Source: Oscillospiraceae bacterium (GTDB taxonomy: Bacteria > Bacillota > Clostridia > Oscillospirales > CAG-272). Taken from it: DNA of 64,000 bases. Location: NCBI GenBank assembly GCA_015065215.1, contig SVQT01000001.1, positions 34,237 to 98,236 of the forward strand, in the 5' to 3' direction. The notes beneath the pieces were generated by a model. The model did no database searches. It saw only the letters and a program-made list of their open reading frames with translations, and had not been told where the DNA came from. Below, piece by piece: positions 35,428 through 44,199 of this stretch (position 1 is its first letter; each line of letters starts with the position of its first letter). A program made the position numbers and the translations under genes.

Positions 35428-36909
35428 ATGAAATTTCAAAGCACCCGCGATCTTGACGGCGAAAAGCTTTCCGCCGCGCAGATCATCAAACAAGGTCTTG
35501 CCGCTGATGGCGGTCTCTTTGTTCCCGAAAGCATTCCCACACTGACCAGTGAGGAAATTGAAGCGCTCCGCAAGGTGGATTACCCCACCAGGGCCGCCAA
35601 AATTTTGGGCAAATTCCTGACCGATTACACCGAAGAGGAGTTGCTGGCAGATTGCCGTGCCGCTTATGCAAAGACCTCTTTTGTGGGCGGTGCCGCCCCC
35701 CTGGTGGCCCTGGACGAAACCTTGCACAGCCTGGAGCTGTGGCACGGTCCCACCGCCGCTTTTAAGGATATGGCACTGCAAATCATGCCCCGTCTGCTCT
35801 CCCGCGCGTTGGTGAAAACCGGCGAGGAGCGCACCGCGCTGATTTTGGTAGCCACCTCCGGCGATACCGGTAAAGCGGCTCTGGAGGGCTATAAAGATAT
35901 TGACCGTATCAAGATCGCCGTATTCTATCCTGTTGATGGCGTGAGCCGTGTGCAAAAGCTGCAAATGCAGACCCAGACCGGCGATAATGTATATGTCTGC
36001 GCGATCAACGGTAACTTTGACGACGCGCAAACCGGTGTCAAGCGCATTTTCTCTGACAAAGGCGCCGCAGATCTGCTCAACGAAAAAGGGTATTTCTTCT
36101 CCTCCGCCAACTCGATCAACTGGGGCCGTCTGGCACCCCAGATCGTCTATTATGTATCGGCATACTGCGATCTGTTGAACAAAGGCACGCTCAAAATGGG
36201 CGAAAAGATGAATGTAACCGTACCTACCGGCAACTTTGGCAATATTTTTGCCGCTTATCTTGCCAAGCTCATGGGTCTGCCCATCGACCGTTTGGTCTGC
36301 GCCTCCAATAAAAACAATATCCTCACCGATTTCCTCAACACCGGCACATACGACCGCAACCGTCAGTTCCATCTCACCATGTCCCCCTCGATGGATATTC
36401 TGATCTCCAGCAATCTGGAGCGTCTGATCTATTTCACCGCGGGTGCCGAGCGAACCGCTCAGTATATGAAGTCGCTCAGCGAAACCGGCGCTTATACCGT
36501 GGATCCTGATGTGAAGCAAGCGATTGACGCCTCTTTTTGCGGCTTCTTCGCGGACGAAGAGACTACCGCCAAAACCATTCGCGCGTTTATGGAGCGCTAC
36601 CATTATTTGGCTGATACCCATACCGCCGTGGCACTTTCCGCCGCTGAGCAGTATATAGAAAAAACCGGTGACCGCAAGCCAATGGTGGTTGCGTCTACCG
36701 CCAGTCCCTATAAATTCGCCAGCGACGTTTACACCTCGCTTTATGACAAGGCGCCCGCCGATCCTCTGGCCGCTTTGGATGCGCTTTCTGCCAAAACCGC
36801 TACCGAAATCCCCTATCCGCTCCGTGGCATTGGTGAGCGAAAGGTACGCTTTACCGATGTGGTTCCCGCTGCCGATATGTGGGAAGCGGTCAAGAAATAT
36901 TTGGGCTAA
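35428..36909 (+). CDS. thrC: Threonine synthase (long form)
   Basis: MKFQSTRD... start, PLP lysine context (PTAAFKDMALQ), ATSGDTGKAA and TGNFGNI segments. Confidence 0.92.
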   Translation: MKFQSTRDLDGEKLSAAQIIKQGLAADGGLFVPESIPTLTSEEIEALRKVDYPTRAAKILGKFLTDYTEEELLADCRAAYAKTSFVGGAAPLVALDETLHSLELWHGPTAAFKDMALQIMPRLLSRALVKTGEERTALILVATSGDTGKAALEGYKDIDRIKIAVFYPVDGVSRVQKLQMQTQTGDNVYVCAINGNFDDAQTGVKRIFSDKGAADLLNEKGYFFSSANSINWGRLAPQIVYYVSAYCDLLNKGTLKMGEKMNVTVPTGNFGNIFAAYLAKLMGLPIDRLVCASNKNNILTDFLNTGTYDRNRQFHLTMSPSMDILISSNLERLIYFTAGAERTAQYMKSLSETGAYTVDPDVKQAIDASFCGFFADEETTAKTIRAFMERYHYLADTHTAVALSAAEQYIEKTGDRKPMVVASTASPYKFASDVYTSLYDKAPADPLAALDALSAKTATEIPYPLRGIGERKVRFTDVVPAADMWEAVKKYLG

Positions 36910-36947
36910 CAAAAAAGCAATGCGGGGCAAAAAACGCCCCGCATTGC
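36910..36947 (-). terminator. Hairpin terminator (T-tract on the minus strand, after the DUF1540 gene); also lies just 3' of thrC
   Basis: GCAATGCGGGGC (36917-36928) pairs with GCCCCGCATTGC (36936-36947). AAAAAA at 36911-36916 gives a U-tract only for the minus-strand transcript. Confidence 0.7.
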
Positions 36948-36961
36948 AAGAAAAGACAAAA

Positions 36962-37144
36962 TCAGTCCTTTTTTGGCTTAAAAGTGGCACATACTGTGTC
37001 AGTGCTCGAAGTGGCAAAGCTGGGGCCGACCGCGATCTTATCCGCGGTACAATAGCAATCGCCCTGATGATACTGGCAGTTCTTGACATCACAGGTGATG
37101 CCGCCGTTTACATTTTCACAGCAATCATTTTTCTTGTATTCCAT
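36962..37144 (-). CDS. DUF1540 domain-containing small cysteine-rich protein
   Basis: 60 aa. Two copies of the C-x-V-x2-C-x-Y / C-x-A-x2-I-x-V pattern (ITCDVKNCQYHQGDCYCTADKIAVG...TVCATF). AAAGGAG RBS. Confidence 0.75.
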   Translation of the reverse strand: MEYKKNDCCENVNGGITCDVKNCQYHQGDCYCTADKIAVGPSFATSSTDTVCATFKPKKD

Positions 37145-37224
37145 TACGATTTCATCTCCTTTCCCGGGATGTTATCAGTATGCCCTGCCCGGGGCTTTTT
37201 CATACCATGAAGAAAGGAGTCGAA

Positions 37225-37947
37225 ATGTCACTTTTTGTTATTGCCGATCCGCATCTTTCCTGCGGCACAGATCACCCCATGGACATATTCGGTTCCAGAT
37301 GGCAAGGCTATACAGAAAAGCTGTGTAAACATTGGCGCGCCATCGTACAGCCGCAAGATACCGTCATCCTGCCGGGTGATATTTCCTGGGCGATGCATTT
37401 GGAGCAGGCCAGAGAAGATTTTTCTCTTTTAGAGGCTTTGCCCGGCATCAAATATCTTGGCAAGGGCAATCATGATTTTTGGTGGGAAACCGCCGCCAAA
37501 ATGCGGCGTTTTTTTGAAGCGAACAGCTTCTCCTCATTACGGTTGCTCTACAATAACGCCTATGTAGTCGAAAATTATATTATTTGCGGCACCAGAGGCT
37601 GGTTTGTGGAGGAAGGACAGCAACTGACGGTTGGCGATGTCGATTACGCGAAAATCGTAAATCGTGAGGTGCAACGGTTAAAAATCAGTCTGGATGCCGC
37701 CGTGGGACTGCGCGAGGGGGATCACAAGGACAAGGAAATTCTGGTCTTTCTCCATTTTCCTCCTATCTGGAACGGCTTTGAATGCAAGGAAATTCTGGAG
37801 CTGCTGGAGGCATATGGCATTCGGCGCTGCTATCACGGTCACATACACGGCGTTTATCATACGCCAGCCGTGCGTTACGTGGGCGATCTCGCGTTGACGA
37901 TGATCTCGTCTGATTTCCTGGATTTTGTTCCCTTGCGTATTATTTAG
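37225..37947 (+). CDS. Metallophosphoesterase family protein
   Basis: LFVIADPHLS, LPGDISW, GNHDFWW, LHFPP and GHIHG motifs. ATG 37225 follows AAAGGAG. Confidence 0.8.
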   Translation: MSLFVIADPHLSCGTDHPMDIFGSRWQGYTEKLCKHWRAIVQPQDTVILPGDISWAMHLEQAREDFSLLEALPGIKYLGKGNHDFWWETAAKMRRFFEANSFSSLRLLYNNAYVVENYIICGTRGWFVEEGQQLTVGDVDYAKIVNREVQRLKISLDAAVGLREGDHKDKEILVFLHFPPIWNGFECKEILELLEAYGIRRCYHGHIHGVYHTPAVRYVGDLALTMISSDFLDFVPLRII

Positions 37948-37979
37948 TCATTTATAATCATTTATTTTGTAGAAAACAC

Positions 37980-38008
37980 TTGACAAATCATGGTAAAACA
38001 AGTAAAAT
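37980..38008 (+). promoter_or_regulatory. SigA-type promoter for tig
   Basis: TTGACA (37980-37985), 17-nt spacer, TAAAAT (38003-38008). Confidence 0.6.
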
Positions 38009-38048
38009 ATACGATGTATGAAATTTTCAATCTTTGGAGGATGAAAAA

Positions 38049-39530
38049 ATGAAATTGGTCAAAGCTGAAAAAATCGAGGCAAGCAAATACGAGCTGCACA
38101 TCTCGGTTGACACGGCGACTTTTGAAGCTGCTGTAAATAAGGCGTTTCAAAAGGAAGGTAAGAAAATGAGCATTCCCGGCTTCCGTAAGGGTAAGGCTCC
38201 CCGCAGCATTATCGAAAAGATGTACGGTAAGGGTGTGTTCTATGAAACCGCCATCAACGACCTCATCCCCGATGCTTACTCTATGGCGCTGGAGGAATCT
38301 AAGATCAACCCTGTCGCTCAACCTGAGTTTGACATCGTTTCTCTCGATGACAACGGTCTTGTTCTCTCCGCTAAGGTCTTTGTAAAGCCTGACGTTGAAA
38401 TCACCGATTATCTGGGTCTGAACGTAACCCGTACCGTTACTCCCGTTACCGATGAGGAGGTCGACCGCGAGATCGAGACGGTTCGCGAGCGCAATTCCCG
38501 TGAAACCGAGGTTCTTGGCCGTGGCGCGGAGATGGGTGACACCGCGGTGATCGACTATGAGGGCTTCTGTGACGGTAAGGCTTTTGACGGCGGAAAGGGT
38601 GAGGATTACGCCCTGAAGCTTGGTTCTAACACCTTTATCCCCGGCTTTGAGGAGCAGGTTGTTGGCAAAAAGATCGACGAGGCATTTGACGTAAACGTCA
38701 CCTTCCCCACCGAGTATCATGCCAAAGAGCTTGCCGGCAAGCCCGCCGTATTCAAATGCAAGCTGCATGCGCTCACCCGTACCGAGCTCCCTGAGCTGGA
38801 TGATGAATTCGCAAAGGATGTTTCGGAATTTGACACCTTTGCTGAATACAAGGCCGATATGAAGGCAAAGATTGAGAAGAGACATACCGACAGCGCCAAT
38901 AGCGCCGCTGACGAGAAGCTGGTTGACGCTCTGATCGAGAAGCTGAACGCGGAGATCCCTGCCCCCATGTTTGACACCGAGGCAGAAAACTTCCTGCGCG
39001 ACTATGATATGAGACTCCGTCAGTCCGGTCTGGATCTGAACACCTATATCAAGTATACTGGCATGACCCTTGACGGTCTGCGTGAGCAGTTCCGTCCTCA
39101 AGCAGAGCGCCAGGTCAAGGCTCGCCTTGCTTTGGAAAAGATTGCAGAGCTCGAGAAGCTGGAGGCCAGCGAAGAGGATATCAACGCTGAATACCAGCGC
39201 ATTGCCGACGCCTACAATATGCCCGTTGATCAGGTTAAGGAAAGTCTGCCTACCGACGCCATTTCTGACGACATGCGTGTAAAGAAGGCTATGGATCTGG
39301 TACGTGAGAAGGCTGTTATTACCGACGAGGCACCCGCTACCGAAAAAAAGCCTGCCGCAAAGAAAACCACCACTAAAAAGACCACCACCAAGCAGACAAC
39401 CGCGGAAGGCGAGACCGTGAAGAAGACTCCCGCAAAGAAGACGACTTCCACTACCGCGAAGAAGACCACCTCTACCGCCAAGAAAACAACCGCTACCAAA
39501 AAGGCAGCAGAAACCGATAAGGCTGAATAA
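38049..39530 (+). CDS. tig: Trigger factor with a C-terminal Lys/Thr/Ala-rich extension
   Basis: Ribosome-binding signature (IPGFRKGKAPRSIIEKMYG), FKBP-type PPIase domain (VIDYEGFCDGKAFDGG), and C-terminal arm domain. ATG 38049 lies 8 nt after GGAGG. Confidence 0.93.
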   Translation: MKLVKAEKIEASKYELHISVDTATFEAAVNKAFQKEGKKMSIPGFRKGKAPRSIIEKMYGKGVFYETAINDLIPDAYSMALEESKINPVAQPEFDIVSLDDNGLVLSAKVFVKPDVEITDYLGLNVTRTVTPVTDEEVDREIETVRERNSRETEVLGRGAEMGDTAVIDYEGFCDGKAFDGGKGEDYALKLGSNTFIPGFEEQVVGKKIDEAFDVNVTFPTEYHAKELAGKPAVFKCKLHALTRTELPELDDEFAKDVSEFDTFAEYKADMKAKIEKRHTDSANSAADEKLVDALIEKLNAEIPAPMFDTEAENFLRDYDMRLRQSGLDLNTYIKYTGMTLDGLREQFRPQAERQVKARLALEKIAELEKLEASEEDINAEYQRIADAYNMPVDQVKESLPTDAISDDMRVKKAMDLVREKAVITDEAPATEKKPAAKKTTTKKTTTKQTTAEGETVKKTPAKKTTSTTAKKTTSTAKKTTATKKAAETDKAE

Positions 39531-39543
39531 TTGTATGCTTTGA

Positions 39544-39570
39544 GTAGCCGCGGCATTTTGTCGCGGCTAC
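39544..39570 (+). terminator. Possible terminator after tig (weak T-tract)
   Basis: GTAGCCGCG (39544-39552) pairs with CGCGGCTAC (39562-39570). The downstream sequence is only moderately T-rich. Confidence 0.4.
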
Positions 39571-39624
39571 TATCATCCTATTTTATATCAAAAATCATCG
39601 AATCACGGAGGTTTGAAAAAAATT

Positions 39625-40230
39625 ATGATGGATTTTTACCGTAACAACGCATTGGTCCCTATGGTCGTGGAGCAAACCGGTCACGGCGAACGTTCCTTTG
39701 ACATTTTTTCCCGTCTGCTCAATGACCGCATCGTATTTCTTTCGGATGAAGTGAACGACACCACTGCCTCGCTTGTTGTGGCGCAGATGCTGTTCCTGGA
39801 AGCGCAGGATCCCGACAAAGATATTTCCTTTTATATCAACAGCCCCGGCGGTTCTGTAACCGCGGGCATGGCCATCTACGATACCATGAACTACATCAAG
39901 TGCGATGTTTCTACCATTTGTATCGGCATGGCCGCTTCTATGGGCGCTTTCCTGCTCTCTTCCGGCACCAAGGGCAAGCGTCTGGCGCTCCCCAACAGTG
40001 AAATTATGATCCACCAGCCTCTCGGCGGCGCAAGAGGCCAGGCATCGGATATTAAAATCCAGGCAGATCTGATTTTGCGCACCCGCGACACCTTGAACCG
40101 CATTCTTTCGGAAAATACCGGCAAAAGCATTGAAGAGATTGCCCGTGACACCGACAGAGACAACTTTATGACCGCCGAACAGGCTTTGGCTTACGGTCTG
40201 GTCGATAAGGTACTTGCAAAACGCAACTAA
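39625..40230 (+). CDS. clpP: ATP-dependent Clp protease proteolytic subunit
   Basis: [18 protein letters not shown], catalytic Ser context ([11 protein letters not shown]), and MIHQPLGG (His). Start at ATG 39625 or 39628. Confidence 0.93.
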   Translation: MMDFYRNNALVPMVVEQTGHGERSFDIFSRLLNDRIVFLSDEVNDTTASLVVAQMLFLEAQDPDKDISFYINSPGGSVTAGMAIYDTMNYIKCDVSTICIGMAASMGAFLLSSGTKGKRLALPNSEIMIHQPLGGARGQASDIKIQADLILRTRDTLNRILSENTGKSIEEIARDTDRDNFMTAEQALAYGLVDKVLAKRN

Positions 40231-40244
40231 TCAAAGAGGTTATT

Positions 40245-41579
40245 ATGTCGAATAACACCACCAATAAGGGCGGTCGCACCTCCCGCTACTGTTCCTTTTG
40301 CGGCAGAAATGAAAATCAAGCCAATTTTCTCATTCCCTCACCCACCGGCATTTATATTTGCGATTACTGCGTAGATGCCTGTGCCGAGCTGATCAGCGAA
40401 ACCGAAGAACAAATGCCAACGCAAGGCGGCTTCACCCTGGATACGCTTCCCCGCCCGATGCAAATCAAGGCGTCGCTGGATGAATATGTAATCGGCCAGG
40501 ACGATGCAAAGATCGCCCTTTCGGTAGCGGTTTACAATCACTATAAGCGTGTTCTTTACGCAGAGCAGCATACCGTAAAAAGCAAGCACGGCAAAAAAGC
40601 CGTAAGCAGCGATGATGACGGGATCGAACTGCAAAAAAGCAATGTGCTTTTCCTGGGGCCCACCGGTGTTGGAAAAACCTATTTGGCGCAAACACTTGCC
40701 AAAACCCTGCGTGTTCCTTTTGCCATCGCAGACGCGACTACGCTCACAGAAGCGGGCTATGTAGGCGAAGATGTAGAGAATATTCTGTTACGCCTTATTC
40801 AAGCGGCGGATTTTGATATTACCCTTGCGGAACGGGGGATCATTTATATCGATGAAATCGACAAGATCGCCCGCAAGAGTGAAAATCGCTCTATCACCCG
40901 TGATGTTTCCGGTGAGGGTGTACAGCAGGCGCTTTTAAAAATTTTGGAGGGTACCGTTGCCAACGTACCCCCGCAAGGCGGCCGCAAGCACCCCAATCAA
41001 GAGTTCATTCAGATCAATACGAAGAACATTCTTTTCATCTGCGGCGGCGCCTTCGAGGGCTTGGATAAGGTCATCGAAAAGCGCAAGGGCAATAACGCTG
41101 TTGGCTTTGGCAGTGAAATCATGAAAAAGGCGGAAAAGAAGGAGATCGGCATCTACAAGGACGTTCTTCCTCACGATATAGTCAAATACGGCCTGATTCC
41201 CGAGCTGGTAGGACGTATTCCGGTGATCGTTTCGCTGAGTGATTTGGATAAGGAAGCATTGGTACGCATCATCCGCGAACCCAAAAATTCTCTTGTCCGC
41301 CAGTATCAAAAGCTCTTTGAAATGGATGGCGTTCGTCTGACCTTTGGTGAAGGCTCTATGGAGGCCATTGCGGAGTTGGCTCTGGAGCGTAGCACCGGTG
41401 CGAGAGGCCTGCGCGCCATCATGGAAAATCTCATGCAGGAAACCATGTATGAGATCCCCACCCGCAAGGATGTGGCAGAGGTCGTTATTACCGCCGCTTC
41501 TGTCAAGGGGCAGGAAAAACCCAACTATGTTTTGTTGCGTGATACCGCTCCGGTAGCACAGATCAAGCAGGAGGCTTAA
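40245..41579 (+). CDS. clpX: ATP-dependent Clp protease ATP-binding subunit ClpX
   Basis: N-terminal zinc finger (CSFCGR...CDYCVDAC), Walker [17 protein letters not shown] Walker B, GARGLR sensor. Confidence 0.95.
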   Translation: MSNNTTNKGGRTSRYCSFCGRNENQANFLIPSPTGIYICDYCVDACAELISETEEQMPTQGGFTLDTLPRPMQIKASLDEYVIGQDDAKIALSVAVYNHYKRVLYAEQHTVKSKHGKKAVSSDDDGIELQKSNVLFLGPTGVGKTYLAQTLAKTLRVPFAIADATTLTEAGYVGEDVENILLRLIQAADFDITLAERGIIYIDEIDKIARKSENRSITRDVSGEGVQQALLKILEGTVANVPPQGGRKHPNQEFIQINTKNILFICGGAFEGLDKVIEKRKGNNAVGFGSEIMKKAEKKEIGIYKDVLPHDIVKYGLIPELVGRIPVIVSLSDLDKEALVRIIREPKNSLVRQYQKLFEMDGVRLTFGEGSMEAIAELALERSTGARGLRAIMENLMQETMYEIPTRKDVAEVVITAASVKGQEKPNYVLLRDTAPVAQIKQEA

Positions 41580-41631
41580 AGGGGCCGAGTCATTAGCGCC
41601 GAACAGAAAACACACGAAAAAGCATATCATG

Positions 41632-41674
41632 AAGCCGCTTTGCCATCAAAAAAGTGATGGCAAAGCGGCTTTTC
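41632..41674 (+). terminator. Rho-independent terminator after clpX
   Basis: AAGCCGCTTTGCCATC (41632-41647) pairs with GATGGCAAAGCGGCTT (41656-41671), followed by TTC. Confidence 0.75.
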
Positions 41675-41860
41675 AGTAGAAATTCTATCGAATTTGATTT
41701 TTATATGTGTTTTTTGTTGCGCTCTCGGCACTCGACGTACCGTTGTACGCCTGTGGTGCCGAGATCACAACTTCCGCGTCGAAGGTCTCAGCCCCTTTTG
41801 TATCCAAGCCAGGCACATAAGGTTAATTTTGTGGTTGCCGAAACTTTTGAGCATATCTTA

Positions 41861-41889
41861 TTGCTTTTCCTTCTTCTTTATGATATAAT
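41861..41889 (+). promoter_or_regulatory. SigA-type promoter for the 41947 membrane-protein operon
   Basis: TTGCTT (41861-41866), 17-nt spacer, TGaTATAAT (41881-41889). Confidence 0.6.
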
Positions 41890-41946
41890 ATTTAGGTACA
41901 TATTTTCCTCTCAAGCACGCATATAGTGAAAACGGGAGGTGAAAAT

Positions 41947-42492
41947 ATGAAAGACAAACGAGAGCCCACAAATAGCGAAAATGTGACTTCTCGCCTATTC
42001 CTGCGATTTTTTCTTGCCTATATCGCGGCATGTCCGATTGCTTGGCTGTTAGCGGCCAAAGGGATCACCGATGTGTCAACCGAAACGGTGGGACAGGTTG
42101 AATTTTTCTTTATACCACTCGCCTTGCTTGGCGCCATTTTGATACTGTCTAAGCCCTATTTACTCCTGCTCTCTTTTTTCAAGGGTTTTTTTGACGCGGT
42201 GCTTTTATTTCGTGTAACACAATGGACAAAAGCGGGGTTGGTTGGCCTTTTATCCTGGAACGCCTGCTTTTGCCTGATCGTCTTTTCCCTGTTGCTTTTT
42301 GCCCTGGCATCGGCAAGAGCGCAGTTTTTCTCGTTTGCCAATCAGGAACGGGACTTGAAATTACTGCGTTCCGGCGGCTTTTGGCTCTATCTTTTTGAGG
42401 CGCTCTTTTTTCTGGCGTTAGCCTTTTCGCTGTATGAGCTATGGCCCCGACTGTTTGGCAATATCGGCATTCTTCCTACGCCATTCCAATAA
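41947..42492 (+). CDS. Hypothetical polytopic membrane protein
   Basis: ATG 41947 follows GGGAGGTG. Four to five predicted hydrophobic helices. No family recognised. Confidence 0.6.
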   Translation: MKDKREPTNSENVTSRLFLRFFLAYIAACPIAWLLAAKGITDVSTETVGQVEFFFIPLALLGAILILSKPYLLLLSFFKGFFDAVLLFRVTQWTKAGLVGLLSWNACFCLIVFSLLLFALASARAQFFSFANQERDLKLLRSGGFWLYLFEALFFLALAFSLYELWPRLFGNIGILPTPFQ

Positions 42493-42509
42493 CCCCGAAA
42501 GGAAAAAAT

Positions 42510-43541
42510 ATGGAAAACGAAAAAAAACGGAAGTTATTCTCTTTTAGCAAAACCGAAAAACCGGATCTTGGACCGGAGGATACCACACCAACGCTAAAAT
42601 TTTTCTTCAAGCTGTTGTGGCGAAAAATCGGCAAGCTGATGACGCTGAATATTATGATGATGCCGCAGTATCTCTTACTGATCATTGCCGCGTTGATCTT
42701 CTTTTTGGGTAATAACAAAGTCGCAACCACAGAATATGCCCTGTACGCGCCTTTGCTTGGCATCAGCATTGCGGGTGGCTCGCCTACAGCCAATTTGCTG
42801 CTGGGCATTTTTTCCCGTCAATTGGATATGCCCTTTCTCACCCCCGGCCGTACCGTGGTGATCGTTATATTGATTGCGCTCACCGTTGTGACATGGGGAT
42901 GGCAAAATGTCGGCGCCGCGTATAACCTGCGCAGCTTGATCCGCGGAGATTCCTGTTTTTTGCTGTCGGATTATTTTTATGCTATCCGCCGCAATTTAAA
43001 ACAAGGCTTTTTCTTTGGCTTGCTGGATGCCATTGTTCTGATCGTGTTGGGCGTTGATTTGTTCTATTTCAACGCGCTTTCCGGCCAAGGATTCTTTTTG
43101 GGCTTCATGTTTATCATGATCATTGCCATCGCGTTGATCTATATGGTCATGCGCTTCTACATTTATTACATGATGATCACCTTTGAGCTGTCCATCAAAA
43201 AGCTGCTCAAGAACGCGCTGATCTTTGTCACCTTGGGCATCAAACGCAATCTGATGGCGCTTTTGGGCATTGCTTTGGTGGTCGGATTGAATATTGTTTT
43301 TGTGATACTGGGCCTGCAAGTGGGCTTCACCCTGCCGCTCATCCTCCCCGTTTTCTATCTCCCCGCGCTGTCGGCCTTTATGGCAGGCTACGCGGCCTGG
43401 CCTATCATCCAACGGTATATGATCGACCCCTATGTGGATCACACCCAGTCGGACACGTTTGAAACAGAGCCGGAAGCGGTCAGTGACCTTGAGCAAACCG
43501 CAGAGGAGGAAGCTACGCTCCCTCCCCCAACAGCTGACTAA
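42510..43541 (+). CDS. Hypothetical polytopic membrane protein (possibly YesL/DUF624-like)
   Basis: ATG 42510 follows GAAAGGAAAA. The N-terminal FFFKLLWRKIGKLMTLNIMMM pattern is reminiscent of DUF624. Acidic C-tail. Confidence 0.55.
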   Translation: MENEKKRKLFSFSKTEKPDLGPEDTTPTLKFFFKLLWRKIGKLMTLNIMMMPQYLLLIIAALIFFLGNNKVATTEYALYAPLLGISIAGGSPTANLLLGIFSRQLDMPFLTPGRTVVIVILIALTVVTWGWQNVGAAYNLRSLIRGDSCFLLSDYFYAIRRNLKQGFFFGLLDAIVLIVLGVDLFYFNALSGQGFFLGFMFIMIIAIALIYMVMRFYIYYMMITFELSIKKLLKNALIFVTLGIKRNLMALLGIALVVGLNIVFVILGLQVGFTLPLILPVFYLPALSAFMAGYAAWPIIQRYMIDPYVDHTQSDTFETEPEAVSDLEQTAEEEATLPPPTAD

Positions 43542-44199
43542 CCGTTACAAATTCAAAGCCCAACTCACGAAGCATTGGTATGATCTGCCGCAACGCTTCG
43601 GGGGTTGGGCTATTTTTACCAATAAAATCGTGCATGAGAATAATCGACCCGTTTTGGGTGTTCTGTTTGACGTTGCGGCAGATTTCCTCAATCGGTGTGT
43701 GCGCCCAATCACGTGTATCTACGCTCCACATCACAATTTTCATATTTAAATCTCCGCAAATCTCTTTGACATCACAGTTACAAACGCCTTCCGGTGGGCG
43801 AAAATAGCGGGGACACACACCCGAGATGCGCTGGATGGTATCGTTACATGTTCGAATATCCTTCTCTAACGCGTCGGCGCTCATTTTTCCCACATGGTTA
43901 TGGTTAAAGGTATGATTGTTCAACTCATGCCCTTCTTCCACAATCTGTTTGATCAAAGCGGGATACGCCTCTACATTGGTACCAACGGCAAAAAAAGTAG
44001 CCGCTACATTGTTTTCTTTTAGAATCTTTAAAATTTGCGGCGTGTATTTGGGATGTGGACCGTCATCAAAGGTCAACGCCACCCGTAGCTGTTCGGTTTT
44101 GGCGGCGGAACGGTAAATAACCTCCGCTTCTGCGCCCACTGGCATGCCAGCCCCCCAAAGCACCGCCAAGACCAGACCGAAAAGAATCAGCCGCCGCAT
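43513..44199 (-). CDS. Polysaccharide deacetylase (NodB homology domain), secreted
   Basis: Signal peptide. Motifs TFDDGPHP, NHTFNH, RPPEG, LMHD. Confidence 0.85.
   Translation of the reverse strand: MRRLILFGLVLAVLWGAGMPVGAEAEVIYRSAAKTEQLRVALTFDDGPHPKYTPQILKILKENNVAATFFAVGTNVEAYPALIKQIVEEGHELNNHTFNHNHVGKMSADALEKDIRTCNDTIQRISGVCPRYFRPPEGVCNCDVKEICGDLNMKIVMWSVDTRDWAHTPIEEICRNVKQNTQNGSIILMHDFIGKNSPTPEALRQIIPMLRELGFEFVTVSQLLGEGA

Noticed and set aside
35332-37092. 586-aa ORF on the minus strand spanning all of thrC
   Set aside because: It is exactly antisense to a well-supported thrC. Its composition is Gly/Arg/Ala/His-rich and repetitive, as is typical of shadow frames opposite GC3-biased genes. 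It has no RBS, and it would overlap the well-signalled DUF1540 gene on the same strand in another frame.
37962-39101. 379-aa ORF antisense to tig
   Set aside because: It lies opposite an unambiguous trigger factor gene that has its own promoter and RBS. The translation has no recognisable domain.
41654-41926. 90-aa ORF in the clpX-downstream gap
   Set aside because: It starts inside the clpX terminator hairpin, has no RBS, runs through the promoter of the next gene, and is Arg/Ser/Leu-rich and not protein-like.
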